64,000 nucleotides of DNA from Trueperaceae bacterium. GTDB taxonomy: Bacteria > Deinococcota > Deinococci > Deinococcales > Trueperaceae. This document shows positions 40,205 through 49,649 of this stretch, piece after piece. The stretch spans positions 704,001-768,000 of the forward strand of contig OZ243927.1 in NCBI GenBank assembly GCA_965213925.1, read 5' to 3'. The translations under genes were made by a program, and so were the position numbers. The stretch's first letter is position 1; every line of letters starts with the position of its first letter. A model generated the notes under the pieces. It searched no databases and was not told the origin of the DNA. It was given only the letters and a program-made list of their open reading frames with translations.

Positions 40205-41200
40205 TCAACGCTCGAGTTTAGGCCACGTACCGGGCTTAGCGTGTTCGGGTCGCCAGTCGTGCGGAACGCGGTGCTCCGCCGCCGCGACTAAGCGGCGTTC
40301 TTTCGTCCCTTGCTCGACTCGCCAACGCGCCGCCTCGGAGCGCTGCATCTCCCTAAGCAAAGGTGCGATGAGGTCTTCGGGTGCTAACTCGAACACGTGC
40401 GCGCTGTAGTCTCTGAACCAGGGGCTCGAGCCCAGATACTCCGCCACCTCGCCCTCCAAAAGTCCGTCATTGAGCATCAGGGCGTAGGCGAAGATGCGCT
40501 TCATGCCGTGCCAAGCGACGCGTTCAGGCTCCCGCGTCCACCGCTCGTAGCGCTGCAGCGCCGCCCTAAGTGCCACGTTCGGCTCCGTCATCGGCGCGCC
40601 GTGCCCCGAGCACGCCCAGCGTGCCCGCAGCCGTAAAAGCCGCTCCAGAGAGTCCATCGCCCGCTCGACCGCGCCGACGCCCTCCCGGAACGGGTTGAGC
40701 CACGCCACGTCGTCACCGTGCACCGCGTCGCCGCAGATCAGGGTTTTTTCGCGCTCCTCGAAGAGTGAAATATGTCCGAGCGTATGCCCCGGTGTATGGA
40801 GCACACGCAGCATCACGCCGCCCGCTGAAATCTCGTCGCCATCGGTGAGAAACCGGTTCACCGTGTAAGGTTCGATGGGTTGACGCAGCCACCTCGCGCC
40901 GCACGCCTCTTTGTCGCGGTTATTCACAACGCCCGCTTCCCAGCGGTGCGCGGCGATGGGCAGGCTGTAGCGCGTCTGCAAATCGAAGTTGCCGCCCGCG
41001 TGGTCGCTGTGATAGTGCGTGTTTACGATCAGCGCTAGGCGTTCGGCAGGCACGCCCGCGCTGTAGAGCAGCGCCCGCGTCTGCGCGGCGTCGCTACCGA
41101 AACCCGTGTCGATGAGCACAGGGGTCTCGCCTCTGACCAAGACCATGTTCGCGCTCAGGAAGGTGCGCTCGAAGAGGTGGAGCCAGGCGGGTTGAGCCAT
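40205..41200 (-). CDS. Metallo-beta-lactamase fold hydrolase
   Basis: THYHSDHAGG, HTPGHT, GDA, GHG. Confidence 0.92.
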   Translation of the reverse strand: MAQPAWLHLFERTFLSANMVLVRGETPVLIDTGFGSDAAQTRALLYSAGVPAERLALIVNTHYHSDHAGGNFDLQTRYSLPIAAHRWEAGVVNNRDKEACGARWLRQPIEPYTVNRFLTDGDEISAGGVMLRVLHTPGHTLGHISLFEEREKTLICGDAVHGDDVAWLNPFREGVGAVERAMDSLERLLRLRARWACSGHGAPMTEPNVALRAALQRYERWTREPERVAWHGMKRIFAYALMLNDGLLEGEVAEYLGSSPWFRDYSAHVFELAPEDLIAPLLREMQRSEAARWRVEQGTKERRLVAAAEHRVPHDWRPEHAKPGTWPKLER

Positions 41201-41291
41201 GCCTTAGTGTAACGCCTTTAGCCGACGGGGGTTTTGGTGTCCGTCCTCGAGACCTGCTCTTTTCCACGCAGAGCTACTAATTTAGCCGCCC

Positions 41292-41837
41292 TCACGCTCG
41301 AGAGTTCATGTGAAGTAAAAGCCCGGTGAGCGCTAGACCGTCCGTTATCTCGCGCTTTCGTATCCGTTCCCTAAGCTCGTTTAGCCTAAACCACCGCACG
41401 CCCTGTATCTCGTTCTCGTCAATAGCGCCGCCTTTCTGCCCTGCTCTGCACCTCACGATGTGGACGGTCATGTTCGATATACCGTTGAGCGGGTTGTAGG
41501 TGTAGAGATGTTCGAAATCATGAGTGTCGTAACCCGTCTCTTCACGGACCTCCCTAACCGCCGCGTCTACAACAGTCTCGCCCTCTTCTACGCCACCTGC
41601 AGGCAACTCCCAGCGGCTCTGGGTCGGATAATGCGCGACGCGCTCCACAAGGATGTGTCCCTCGCTGTCTTCGACGATCACCGCGACTGCGCCGCGCTCA
41701 AAGTCTAAGAGGTGATAATGCTCAATGAGGTGTCCGTTAGGCATCGCCACCTTGTCCCGGTAAAGATTCACCCACGGACTTTCGTAGATGACGACTCTGC
41801 TAAGACGCTTCGGCAATGGTTCGCTAGAAGAACTCAT
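41292..41837 (-). CDS. NUDIX hydrolase (ADP-ribose pyrophosphatase-like)
   Basis: WELPAGGVEEGETVVDAAVREVREETGY. Confidence 0.9.
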   Translation of the reverse strand: MSSSSEPLPKRLSRVVIYESPWVNLYRDKVAMPNGHLIEHYHLLDFERGAVAVIVEDSEGHILVERVAHYPTQSRWELPAGGVEEGETVVDAAVREVREETGYDTHDFEHLYTYNPLNGISNMTVHIVRCRAGQKGGAIDENEIQGVRWFRLNELRERIRKREITDGLALTGLLLHMNSRA

Positions 41838-41853
41838 CTAAACGTTGCGGACC

Positions 41854-43203
41854 TTACCGCGCTTCGGCTAAGCGCTTCGCCTCTAACCAGTCGTGCACCG
41901 CGTCTACATTGTCGGGCGTGGTGACGATGAAGAGGTGGTCGCCGTGCTGGATTTTCGTCTCGCCGTCGGGGATAAACACGTCGTTTTTGCGCAGCACTGC
42001 CCCGATGAGGCTGTCGGGGGGTGCGCCTAGGTCGCGGATGCGCCCGGTTTCGCATTGGTAGGGATACGAGACCTCCATCACTTCGGCGCGGTCTTCGATG
42101 CTGGCTAAGTGGTCGACGGCGTCCGCCTCTAACCAGTTCAAGACCTCTTGTACGGCGGCGGTGCGCGGCGCTAAAGAGGTGTCGATGCCGACGCGCTCGA
42201 AGAGGCGGCGGTTGCGCGCCCTGGCGACGCGCGTAATGACTTTGGGGATGCCTAACTGCTTGCCCAAAAGCGAGGTGAGCAGGTTTTTGCTGTCGTCGTT
42301 CGTGACCGCGACGAGCACGTCGGCGTCCTCGACGCGCTCCTGCTCTAAAAGCTCTAAGTCGGTGCCGTCGCCGCGCAGTACGAGCACTTTGGGCAGAAAC
42401 CGCGCCAAATCCTCGCTGCGTTTTTCGTCCATTTCGATGACGGTGATGCGGGCTTGGCTCTCCTGGAGCTTCTCCGCCACCATAAAGCCGACGTTGCCGC
42501 CGCCGACGATGGTCACGTTCGGGCGGCGTTTGCGCGGCGCGAAGCGCGACTCGACCTCCCTCATGCTCGGCACGGTGCCCATAAAGATAACCTTATCGTC
42601 GGGGCAGAGCACCGTCTTACCCGAGGGAATAATAAAGGACTCGCCGCGAATCGAACCGACGATAAGCGCGCTTTTTGGTAGCTTGATGTCGCTCAAGGGT
42701 TTGCCTGTAAAGGGGTCTCCCTCTTCTAATTTGTACTCCAAAAGCTGAATCTTTTTGCCCGCGAAAAAGGTGCTGTCCACGGCTCTAGGCACCTGCACGA
42801 TGTCCACGATTTGATTCGCCAAGATGCGTTGGGGCCAGAGCATCCGGTCGATCATCAGCCCGACGCCCTCCATCATGCCCGCCTCGGCGAACGCCTCGAC
42901 GTAGCGCTTGCGCGTCACGAACGCCATCGTCTCCTTTGCGCCTAAGCCCTTCGCGGCTAAGCACGCGAGCACGTTGATGTCGTCATTCACCGTGCACGCG
43001 ATAAAGGCGTCCGCCTTATCCGCGCCTGCGACGCGCAGGTCTTTGGGGTCTGCGCCGTTACCCTGGATAAAACGCACGTCAATCGTTTCGAAGGCGTTCG
43101 AGCGCTCTCCATTTGTGTCAATTACCGTCACGCTATGCGCGTGTTGCAGCGCCTCTGCAACCTGCGAGCCGATTTCACCACCACCAACAAGCACGACATT
43201 CAT
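41854..43203 (-). CDS. trkA: Trk system K+ uptake protein TrkA
   Basis: Two RCK_N/RCK_C pairs (GGGEIG, GGGNVG), 449 aa. Confidence 0.92.
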   Translation of the reverse strand: MNVVLVGGGEIGSQVAEALQHAHSVTVIDTNGERSNAFETIDVRFIQGNGADPKDLRVAGADKADAFIACTVNDDINVLACLAAKGLGAKETMAFVTRKRYVEAFAEAGMMEGVGLMIDRMLWPQRILANQIVDIVQVPRAVDSTFFAGKKIQLLEYKLEEGDPFTGKPLSDIKLPKSALIVGSIRGESFIIPSGKTVLCPDDKVIFMGTVPSMREVESRFAPRKRRPNVTIVGGGNVGFMVAEKLQESQARITVIEMDEKRSEDLARFLPKVLVLRGDGTDLELLEQERVEDADVLVAVTNDDSKNLLTSLLGKQLGIPKVITRVARARNRRLFERVGIDTSLAPRTAAVQEVLNWLEADAVDHLASIEDRAEVMEVSYPYQCETGRIRDLGAPPDSLIGAVLRKNDVFIPDGETKIQHGDHLFIVTTPDNVDAVHDWLEAKRLAEAR

Positions 43204-43573
43204 GGGCTAAGCATACACGATGACGGGAGGGTCCGCCGGGTTATGTGCGTCATGCTGAGTAGATTCAAGAAGAAAGAATACAGAAGGCAGAATAGAAGCG
43301 CCTTCCCCTTCTTTATGTTGTATCTTCTCTACACTCGGCTGACTTTCGGAACATTACCCACTAAGAATTCAGAGTTTTACTCGAGGCCCGAAACTCCATC
43401 ACAACTGCGCTATAGAACCCGTACAATCTGCTCTAAGTAGCTGTTTGGCGAGGAAAATGTTACCGAGAGGTTGCTCGAGCTAAGGCTTGCGCGAACGTCT
43501 CCGAGCCGACAGGTGATAAGCTGCGAGCTGTGCGGCGCACTCCTTTAGACCACATCACTCGGCGGACCATTTC

Positions 43574-44917
43574 ATGAGCGGGCGTCCGACCCGCAGAACC
43601 CTCTCGCCTGCTACGGTTATCGCGCTTTCGTTCGGCATCACCGGGCTTATCGGTACGCTCCTCTTGTGGCTGCCCTGGTCGCACGCGCCGGGCGAAGATT
43701 TGACGCTCCTGGACGCGCTTTTTACCGCCTCGAGCGCGCTGTGTGTCACCGGGCTCATCGTCGTAGATACGGGCACCGCCTGGAGCCCCTTTGGTCAGAG
43801 CGTCATCATGATCTTGATTCAACTGGGCGGTTTGGGGCTCATCACCTTCGGCACGCTCTTCGCGCTGGCGCTGGGGCGGCGCGTCGGCTTTGGCGAAAGG
43901 ATGCGCGTCGCGGAGCAGGTCAAAGCTTTTCAGGTGGGCGGCGTGGTGCAGTTGGTACGCAACATCGTCCTGCTCTCGCTGGGCGTGGAATTCGTCGGCG
44001 CGCTGCTCCTCTACCCCGCGTTCGCCGCCGAGGAGGGCGCGGGCGCAGGCGCGTTCTACGCCCTCTTTCACAGCGTCAGCGCCTCGAACAACGCGGGCTT
44101 CGCCTTTTACGGCGACTCCTTGTCGCGCTTCGTCGGCGATCCGCTCGTAAACATCGTGATCACTGGGCTTTTTATTTTAGGTGGGCTCGGCTTCATCGTG
44201 CAGGTGAATTTGATCGGCTACGCGCGAAATAGGCGGCAGAACCGCCTGACGCTGCACACCAAGATCGTCCTAGTCGTGACGGCGGTGCTCTGCTTGCTGG
44301 GCTTTGGGGTGGTGGCGGCGCTCGAGTGGAACAACCCCGCCACGCTAGGCGAGTTGCCCTCAGGCGCAAAGCTTTGGGGCGCGTTCTTTCAGGGCGTGAC
44401 CCCACGCACGGCGGGGTTTAATACGGTCGACATCGGCTCGATGGAGAACCCCACCCTCATCTTCACCATGCTGCTGATGTTCATCGGCGGCTCGCCGGGC
44501 TCGACGGCGGGCGGCATCAAAACGGCGACGTTCTTCGTGCTCGCAGCGAGCGCCTGGAGCATGGTGCGTGGTTACGGCGAGCTGACGATCTTCGGGCGGC
44601 GCGTCAGCTCGCAGACTGCGATGAAAGCCGACACCGTCGTCCTGCTGAGCAGCGGCATCGTCATCGCGGCGCTTTTTCTTCTAAGCATCACCGAGAGCGT
44701 CGAACTCCTGCCCCTCGCCTTCGAGACGATGTCCGCCTTCGGCACGGTAGGGCTTTCGATGGGCTCGACGGGCGAGTTGAGTGTGGTCGGTCAGCTTGTC
44801 GTCATCGCGCTGATGTATCTGGGGCGCGTCGGTCCTCTGACGTTCGCGCTCGCGATCGTGCAAGAGCCGCGCGGAGGTGACATCAAGCATCCGGAGGAAG
44901 AGGTGCTTATCAGTTAG
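43574..44917 (+). CDS. ktrB: KtrB-type K+ uptake membrane protein
   Basis: SALCVTGL, SASNNAGF, PRTAGF, SAFGTVGLS pore motifs. Confidence 0.92.
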   Translation: MSGRPTRRTLSPATVIALSFGITGLIGTLLLWLPWSHAPGEDLTLLDALFTASSALCVTGLIVVDTGTAWSPFGQSVIMILIQLGGLGLITFGTLFALALGRRVGFGERMRVAEQVKAFQVGGVVQLVRNIVLLSLGVEFVGALLLYPAFAAEEGAGAGAFYALFHSVSASNNAGFAFYGDSLSRFVGDPLVNIVITGLFILGGLGFIVQVNLIGYARNRRQNRLTLHTKIVLVVTAVLCLLGFGVVAALEWNNPATLGELPSGAKLWGAFFQGVTPRTAGFNTVDIGSMENPTLIFTMLLMFIGGSPGSTAGGIKTATFFVLAASAWSMVRGYGELTIFGRRVSSQTAMKADTVVLLSSGIVIAALFLLSITESVELLPLAFETMSAFGTVGLSMGSTGELSVVGQLVVIALMYLGRVGPLTFALAIVQEPRGGDIKHPEEEVLIS

Positions 44918-44921
44918 AAGA

Positions 44922-45023
44922 AGCAATGAGTACCGAGCAACGAGCAATGAGTGAACCTCAGAAGCTTTTCACTTTCAACTCACCGTTCGTCCAGCTCGAC
45001 TGGATTGCTCGTTGCTCATTGCT
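44922..45023. repeat. AGCAAYG heptamer hairpin with 21-nt micro-element copy D (44983-45003, minus)
   Basis: Reverse strand AGCAAT-CCAGTCGAGCTGGACGAACGG-TGAG; no nested insert. Confidence 0.85.
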
Positions 45024-45075
45024 AAAATACTTCTGAATGTGAAGCATAAGGAAAGGTCTCGAGGTATCTACAATC

Positions 45076-45732
45076 ATGAAAACGAAACAGTTTCTCGTTA
45101 TCGGCGCGGGCCGCTTCGGCTCGGCGCTCGCGACTACTCTCTACGATTTAGGACACGAGGTCGTCGTTGTGGACTCCCGTGAAGACGCCGTCGAGACGAT
45201 CATGAACGGTGTGACGCACGCCGCTATCTTGGACGCGACGGATGAAGAGGCGCTTACGAAGCTCGGCTTAGACACCTTTGACCAGGTCATCGTCGCTATA
45301 GGCAACAACTTTGAAGCGAACATCCTCGCCACCGTCGCCGCGAAGAATCAGGGCGCGAAGCGCGTCGTGAGCAAGGCGACGAGCAATATGGCTGCGAAGG
45401 TCCTTTCGCAAGTCGGCGCAGACGAGGTCATTCGCCCGGAGCACGATATGGGCGTGCGGCTCGCCAAGCAGCTCGCCACACCGGGCATCGTGGACGCCTT
45501 TAACTTAGGCGATGACCATGAAGTTATCGAGTTCGAAGCGCAGAGCAAGCTCTGCGGACGCTTAGATCAACTCAAGCTCACCAACCGCTTCGGCGTGCAA
45601 GTCGTCGCGGTCAACCGGGACGGTAAGTTGGAGGTGAGCCCACGGGCTGACTTTGAAATTCGCCCGAAAGACCGCGTTGTGCTTATTGGCGAGTCCGATT
45701 CTATTGAGAGCTTGCGCAACTATCTCGAGTAA
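45076..45732 (+). CDS. ktrA: KtrA-type K+ uptake regulatory subunit
   Basis: GAGRFG, single RCK_N plus RCK_C, PEHDMG. Confidence 0.9.
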   Translation: MKTKQFLVIGAGRFGSALATTLYDLGHEVVVVDSREDAVETIMNGVTHAAILDATDEEALTKLGLDTFDQVIVAIGNNFEANILATVAAKNQGAKRVVSKATSNMAAKVLSQVGADEVIRPEHDMGVRLAKQLATPGIVDAFNLGDDHEVIEFEAQSKLCGRLDQLKLTNRFGVQVVAVNRDGKLEVSPRADFEIRPKDRVVLIGESDSIESLRNYLE

Positions 45733-45736
45733 GGCA

Positions 45737-45869
45737 GCAATGAGGAACGAGCAATGAGTGAAAATCTTTAGACTCATTGCTCACCGTTCGTTCCTTTCGC
45801 ATTCGCGAAAACTACGTAAGCGGAAGCTAAAGCCACCAGCTTGACTGGATTGCTTTCAACTCATTGCTT
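45737..45869. repeat. AGCAATG heptamer hairpin with micro-element copy E (45784-45848, minus) and 44-nt nested insert (45792-45835)
   Basis: Reverse strand AGCAAT-CCAGTCAAGCTGG[44 nt]ACGAACGG-TGAG. Confidence 0.85.
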
Positions 45870-47469
45870 CTTTTTTCACCACCTGCAAAACGCCGAATCC
45901 AAGCGCAAAGATGGCGAGTAGGATGATAAGTACGTCGCCGAAACGCACGTAAAGCGTCTCGCCTTCACGTAAGCGGTAGTTTACCAGCAAGGTGTCTTGC
46001 ACGCCCCTTGGGAGCCGCGCCTCTACTTCCCCGAAAGGGTTGACGAGCGCTGTAATCCCGTCGTTGCCCGCCCGCAAGAGGTAGCGCCGCGTCTCAATTG
46101 CCCTCATGTTGCCCATCTCGAAGTGCTGCCGCGCCCCCTGCCCGCGCCCGAACCAGGCGTCGTTGGAGATGTTGACCAAAACTTCCGCCCCTTGCGTCAC
46201 CATCTGCCGCGTGACGTGCGGAAAGACCGACTCGTAGCAGATGTAGACGGCGGCGTCCGTATTGGGCAGTCTCAAAGAGGTCACTTCGTCACCGGGCGGG
46301 CGGCTGCTCAAAAGGGGTAGACCGAGCTGCGCGAAGATAAAGCTGTAAAGAGGTTCTAAAGGACCGATGAAGGGGAAGACCTCGCCGAAAGGGACAAGGT
46401 AGACTTTGTCGTAGCGGTCCATGACCTCGCCGTCCGCGATGCTAAAGGCGCTATTGTAGGAGCTGAACTGCGGTCTGGGGTCCCTCGCTCCACCCCCCGC
46501 GATAACGTTCGCTTGAAGCGCACTCCGCTGTATCTGCGCGGCGGCGGCAAGGTCTTGTGAGAGGTCAACCTCGAGCGCCGCCCCCTCAGGCCACACCACC
46601 AAGTCGGGAACGTTTTCTGCTTCTCTTATCCCTCCTTGCGTCAGGCTTTCGTAAAGCGCTACTTCACCCCCAGGTGTCGTGACGCGGCTCAGAGGGTCAG
46701 TGTTGCCCTGGACGAGTAACGCGCTCTGGTTCGTGGGGGGGAGGGGACTCTGTCTAGCTAGGCCATAAATTAATCCGGTAGTGAGGAGTAGCGCTGCACC
46801 CGCAGGCGGAAGCCAACGAATCACCCGTGACACCTCGGGACGCATCAAAAAAGGAACCGCGAGCAGCGACGCGGCGCACGTCGTCAGTAAGCTCAACCCA
46901 TAAACGCCCGCGATATCGGCAAGCTGCGCCAGCGGCGTATCTGCCCAGATATACCCAAGTGTCCCCCAAGGAAAGGCGAAAAGCCCCTGCGAGCGTGCCC
47001 ACTCCATCAGCACCCATAGGGCGGGAAGCATGACGAGCGTGCCCGCACCTCTTCGTCCAACCCACCGACTCAAGCCCGTGACGATGCCCCAAAAGCAACC
47101 CAGGATGGTGAGCAAAAAGGGATAGAGTAGCCAGAAGAAGGGACCGTAGAGGTCTGCGAAGCTCTGCGGCAGCCAGATGATGTGCAGCGCAAAACAGGCA
47201 ACGCCGAAAAAGAAGCCGTAACCGAACGCCGCCCTGACGCGGCGACTATGCGCCACCAAAATAAAGAGCGGCGTGAGCATGGTAAAGAAAATCCAGAGGT
47301 TCGGCGTCGGCAGCGCCACGCTGAGGAGCGCGCCGCAGCCTACGCAAACGAGGACGCGCTGCCAGAACATGCCCTCTCTCTCGCCTTCCGCTCGAGGGTC
47401 AGCCGCTATTCCTGGTTTATCTTGAGACTGAGTAAAGGCGTGAAACCACCTGGAAAGACTGCTGAACAC
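45856..47469 (-). CDS. lnt: Apolipoprotein N-acyltransferase
   Basis: FPWGTLGY, VVWPEG, YDKVYLVPFGE, ICYESVFP, SNDAWF. Confidence 0.95.
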   Translation of the reverse strand: MFSSLSRWFHAFTQSQDKPGIAADPRAEGEREGMFWQRVLVCVGCGALLSVALPTPNLWIFFTMLTPLFILVAHSRRVRAAFGYGFFFGVACFALHIIWLPQSFADLYGPFFWLLYPFLLTILGCFWGIVTGLSRWVGRRGAGTLVMLPALWVLMEWARSQGLFAFPWGTLGYIWADTPLAQLADIAGVYGLSLLTTCAASLLAVPFLMRPEVSRVIRWLPPAGAALLLTTGLIYGLARQSPLPPTNQSALLVQGNTDPLSRVTTPGGEVALYESLTQGGIREAENVPDLVVWPEGAALEVDLSQDLAAAAQIQRSALQANVIAGGGARDPRPQFSSYNSAFSIADGEVMDRYDKVYLVPFGEVFPFIGPLEPLYSFIFAQLGLPLLSSRPPGDEVTSLRLPNTDAAVYICYESVFPHVTRQMVTQGAEVLVNISNDAWFGRGQGARQHFEMGNMRAIETRRYLLRAGNDGITALVNPFGEVEARLPRGVQDTLLVNYRLREGETLYVRFGDVLIILLAIFALGFGVLQVVKKEAMS

Positions 47470-47653
47470 GTCGCCAATTTATCACGCGCTAGGGTGAGAA
47501 GCGCGGTGATTTGAGACGTTTTACATCTAGTAGCGGTCATCAAGACGAGAGAGGTTGATCCAGCTTTGGAAGGTAGCAACATTCGAAGTTGGCTGGATGA
47601 GCTAGGCTCGAGTCCGTTGCGCTCATTCAAAAGGTGGGCGCTAGGAGGTCGAG

Positions 47654-47980
47654 ATGTCGCTTGCGTGGGTGTGGTTGCTACTAGCGGGGCTGCTCGAGGT
47701 CACGTGGGCGCTCTCGCTCAAATATTCAGAGGGCTTCACGCGCTTCGTCCCGAGCGTGGTGACGCTCACGGCGCTTGCGCTCAGTATGGTGCTGCTGAGC
47801 GTAGCGGTTCGCACATTGCCGATTGGAACGGCGTACGGGGTGTGGGTCGGTATCGGAGCGTTGGGGGCGGCGGTGCTGGGTGTGGTGCTTTTCGACGAGC
47901 CGCTGTCGGCGGCTCGAGTTTTCTTTCTCGCTCTTCTTCTGGTCGCAATTATCGGGCTGAGGTTGACGAGCCGGGCTTAG
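47654..47980 (+). CDS. sugE: SMR family exporter (SugE/Gdx)
   Basis: AWVWLLLAGLLEVTWALSLKYSEGFTR, LPIGTAYGVWVGIG. Confidence 0.9.
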   Translation: MSLAWVWLLLAGLLEVTWALSLKYSEGFTRFVPSVVTLTALALSMVLLSVAVRTLPIGTAYGVWVGIGALGAAVLGVVLFDEPLSAARVFFLALLLVAIIGLRLTSRA

Positions 47981-48080
47981 AGGGCTGAGCCAAAATGTTG
48001 TGAAGTCGCTCTTGATCGTACAAACGAGACCCAAGACACCTTCTTCGTGCACACACGCTCCCCATAGGGTAATCTAGTGC

Positions 48081-49544
48081 GTGCGCGGACGCTTTGCTCC
48101 TTACATCGTCGGTTTCGGTCTCTTGGGTTTAGCGGCTATCATGCTCTTCTTCTGCGTCTACGCCGCACTTTTGGGCGAAAGTATCGTAGGCTTCGCGGTT
48201 ACATTAGGCCTATGTACCGCGCTCGGGGGCACGCTCATCTGGCTCGGCACGAGTGAGGCGGAACCCACGCGGCGCGAAGCGTTAATTGGCGTTTTGCTGC
48301 TCTGGTTTAGCGTGCCGATGTTCGGCGCAGTTCCCTACGTGATTATGGGCGGCTTCTCGCCGCTCAACGCGATGTTCGAATCCATGAGCGGCTTTACCAC
48401 CACTGGGGCGACGGTGCTGCGTAACTTTGATGAGTTCCCTATCAGCCTCTTCATGTGGCGAGCGCTGACGCAGTGGATCGGCGGCGTGGGCATTATCGTC
48501 CTCTTCATCGCGGTTTTTCCGCAGCTCGCCATCGCGGGGCGGCAGCTCTTCTTCGCAGAAGCGCCCGGTCCTACCGAGGAACGCCTTACGCCGCGCTTGC
48601 GCAACACAGCGAGTGCGGTACTTATCGTCTACGTGGGGCTCACCGTTCTCTGCGGGCTCGCCTACTGGCTCGCCGGGATGACGCCCTACAATGCGGTGGC
48701 GCACACCTTCACGACGCTTGCCGCAGGCGGGTTTAGCCCCAATGGACTCTCTTTTGATGGGTTTAACAGCCCCGCTATCGACTGGGTCGCGATCGTTTTC
48801 ATGACCTTTGCGGGCGCGAACTTCTCGTTGCAATACCAAGCGGTTGTCGGACGTCCTAAAGACCTCTTTCGTGACGCCGAAGTCCGCGCCTACCTCACGA
48901 TTCTCCTAATCGCCGCAGGGTTCCTCGCGGTAACGTTGTGGGGCGATTACGGAGCTGTTGAGGCGGTGCGTCACGCCCTCTTCCAAGTCATCAGCATCCT
49001 GACCACGACGGGCTACGCTTCGGTGGATTTTATCGAATGGTCGCAGCAAGGGCAGATGATCTTGCTGGTCCTTATGTTCGTCGGCGGCAGCGCGGGCAGC
49101 GCGGCGGGCGGTATTAAGGTCATCCGCTGGCTTATCATCACGCGCAACATGGCGCGGGAGGTGCGCCGCGCCCTCCACCCAAAAGCGGTCTTGCCCGTGC
49201 GCGTGGGTAGCCGCCCAATTGGAGAGGAGGTGCTTAGGGCGGTCGCCGCCTTTTTAACGCTCTATTTGAGTCTCTTCGCCGTCACCGCGGCGGTCGTCAT
49301 TTGGCTGGGCGCGGACATCATCACGGGAACAACCGCCGCGATCGCTTGCATCGGCAACATCGGTCCCGGACTCGGCGAGGTCGGACCGATGCTCAACTTT
49401 GCAGACTTGCATCCCGTCAGCCGTGGGCTACTTATCTTTGCGATGTACGCAGGGCGCTTGGAGGTTGTCACGGTCTTCATCGTCTTCAACCGTGACTTCT
49501 GGCGACTTCCCAAAAGGGGCGCGTTTCAGCGGCGTTCTCTGTAG
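48081..49544 (+). CDS. trkH: TrkH K+ uptake membrane protein (copy 1)
   Basis: ESMSGFTTTG, AAGGFS, TTTGY, GNIGPG, GRLE. Confidence 0.93.
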   Translation: MRGRFAPYIVGFGLLGLAAIMLFFCVYAALLGESIVGFAVTLGLCTALGGTLIWLGTSEAEPTRREALIGVLLLWFSVPMFGAVPYVIMGGFSPLNAMFESMSGFTTTGATVLRNFDEFPISLFMWRALTQWIGGVGIIVLFIAVFPQLAIAGRQLFFAEAPGPTEERLTPRLRNTASAVLIVYVGLTVLCGLAYWLAGMTPYNAVAHTFTTLAAGGFSPNGLSFDGFNSPAIDWVAIVFMTFAGANFSLQYQAVVGRPKDLFRDAEVRAYLTILLIAAGFLAVTLWGDYGAVEAVRHALFQVISILTTTGYASVDFIEWSQQGQMILLVLMFVGGSAGSAAGGIKVIRWLIITRNMAREVRRALHPKAVLPVRVGSRPIGEEVLRAVAAFLTLYLSLFAVTAAVVIWLGADIITGTTAAIACIGNIGPGLGEVGPMLNFADLHPVSRGLLIFAMYAGRLEVVTVFIVFNRDFWRLPKRGAFQRRSL

Positions 49545-49649
49545 AGCCGGTCAGTATTTCAGCACAGGTTAGAGCGACGTTCGGTGATGAAAATCCGACT
49601 TCGCATCAAAAGGTGCGTCACCTCCTTCTCATCTACGGTAGTCTAGTGC

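Noticed and set aside
43204..43573. c-di-AMP (ydaO) riboswitch before ktrB or trkA
   Set aside because: Expected by gene context, but only a weak CCGAGCCGACAG resemblance was seen; the other conserved elements are absent.
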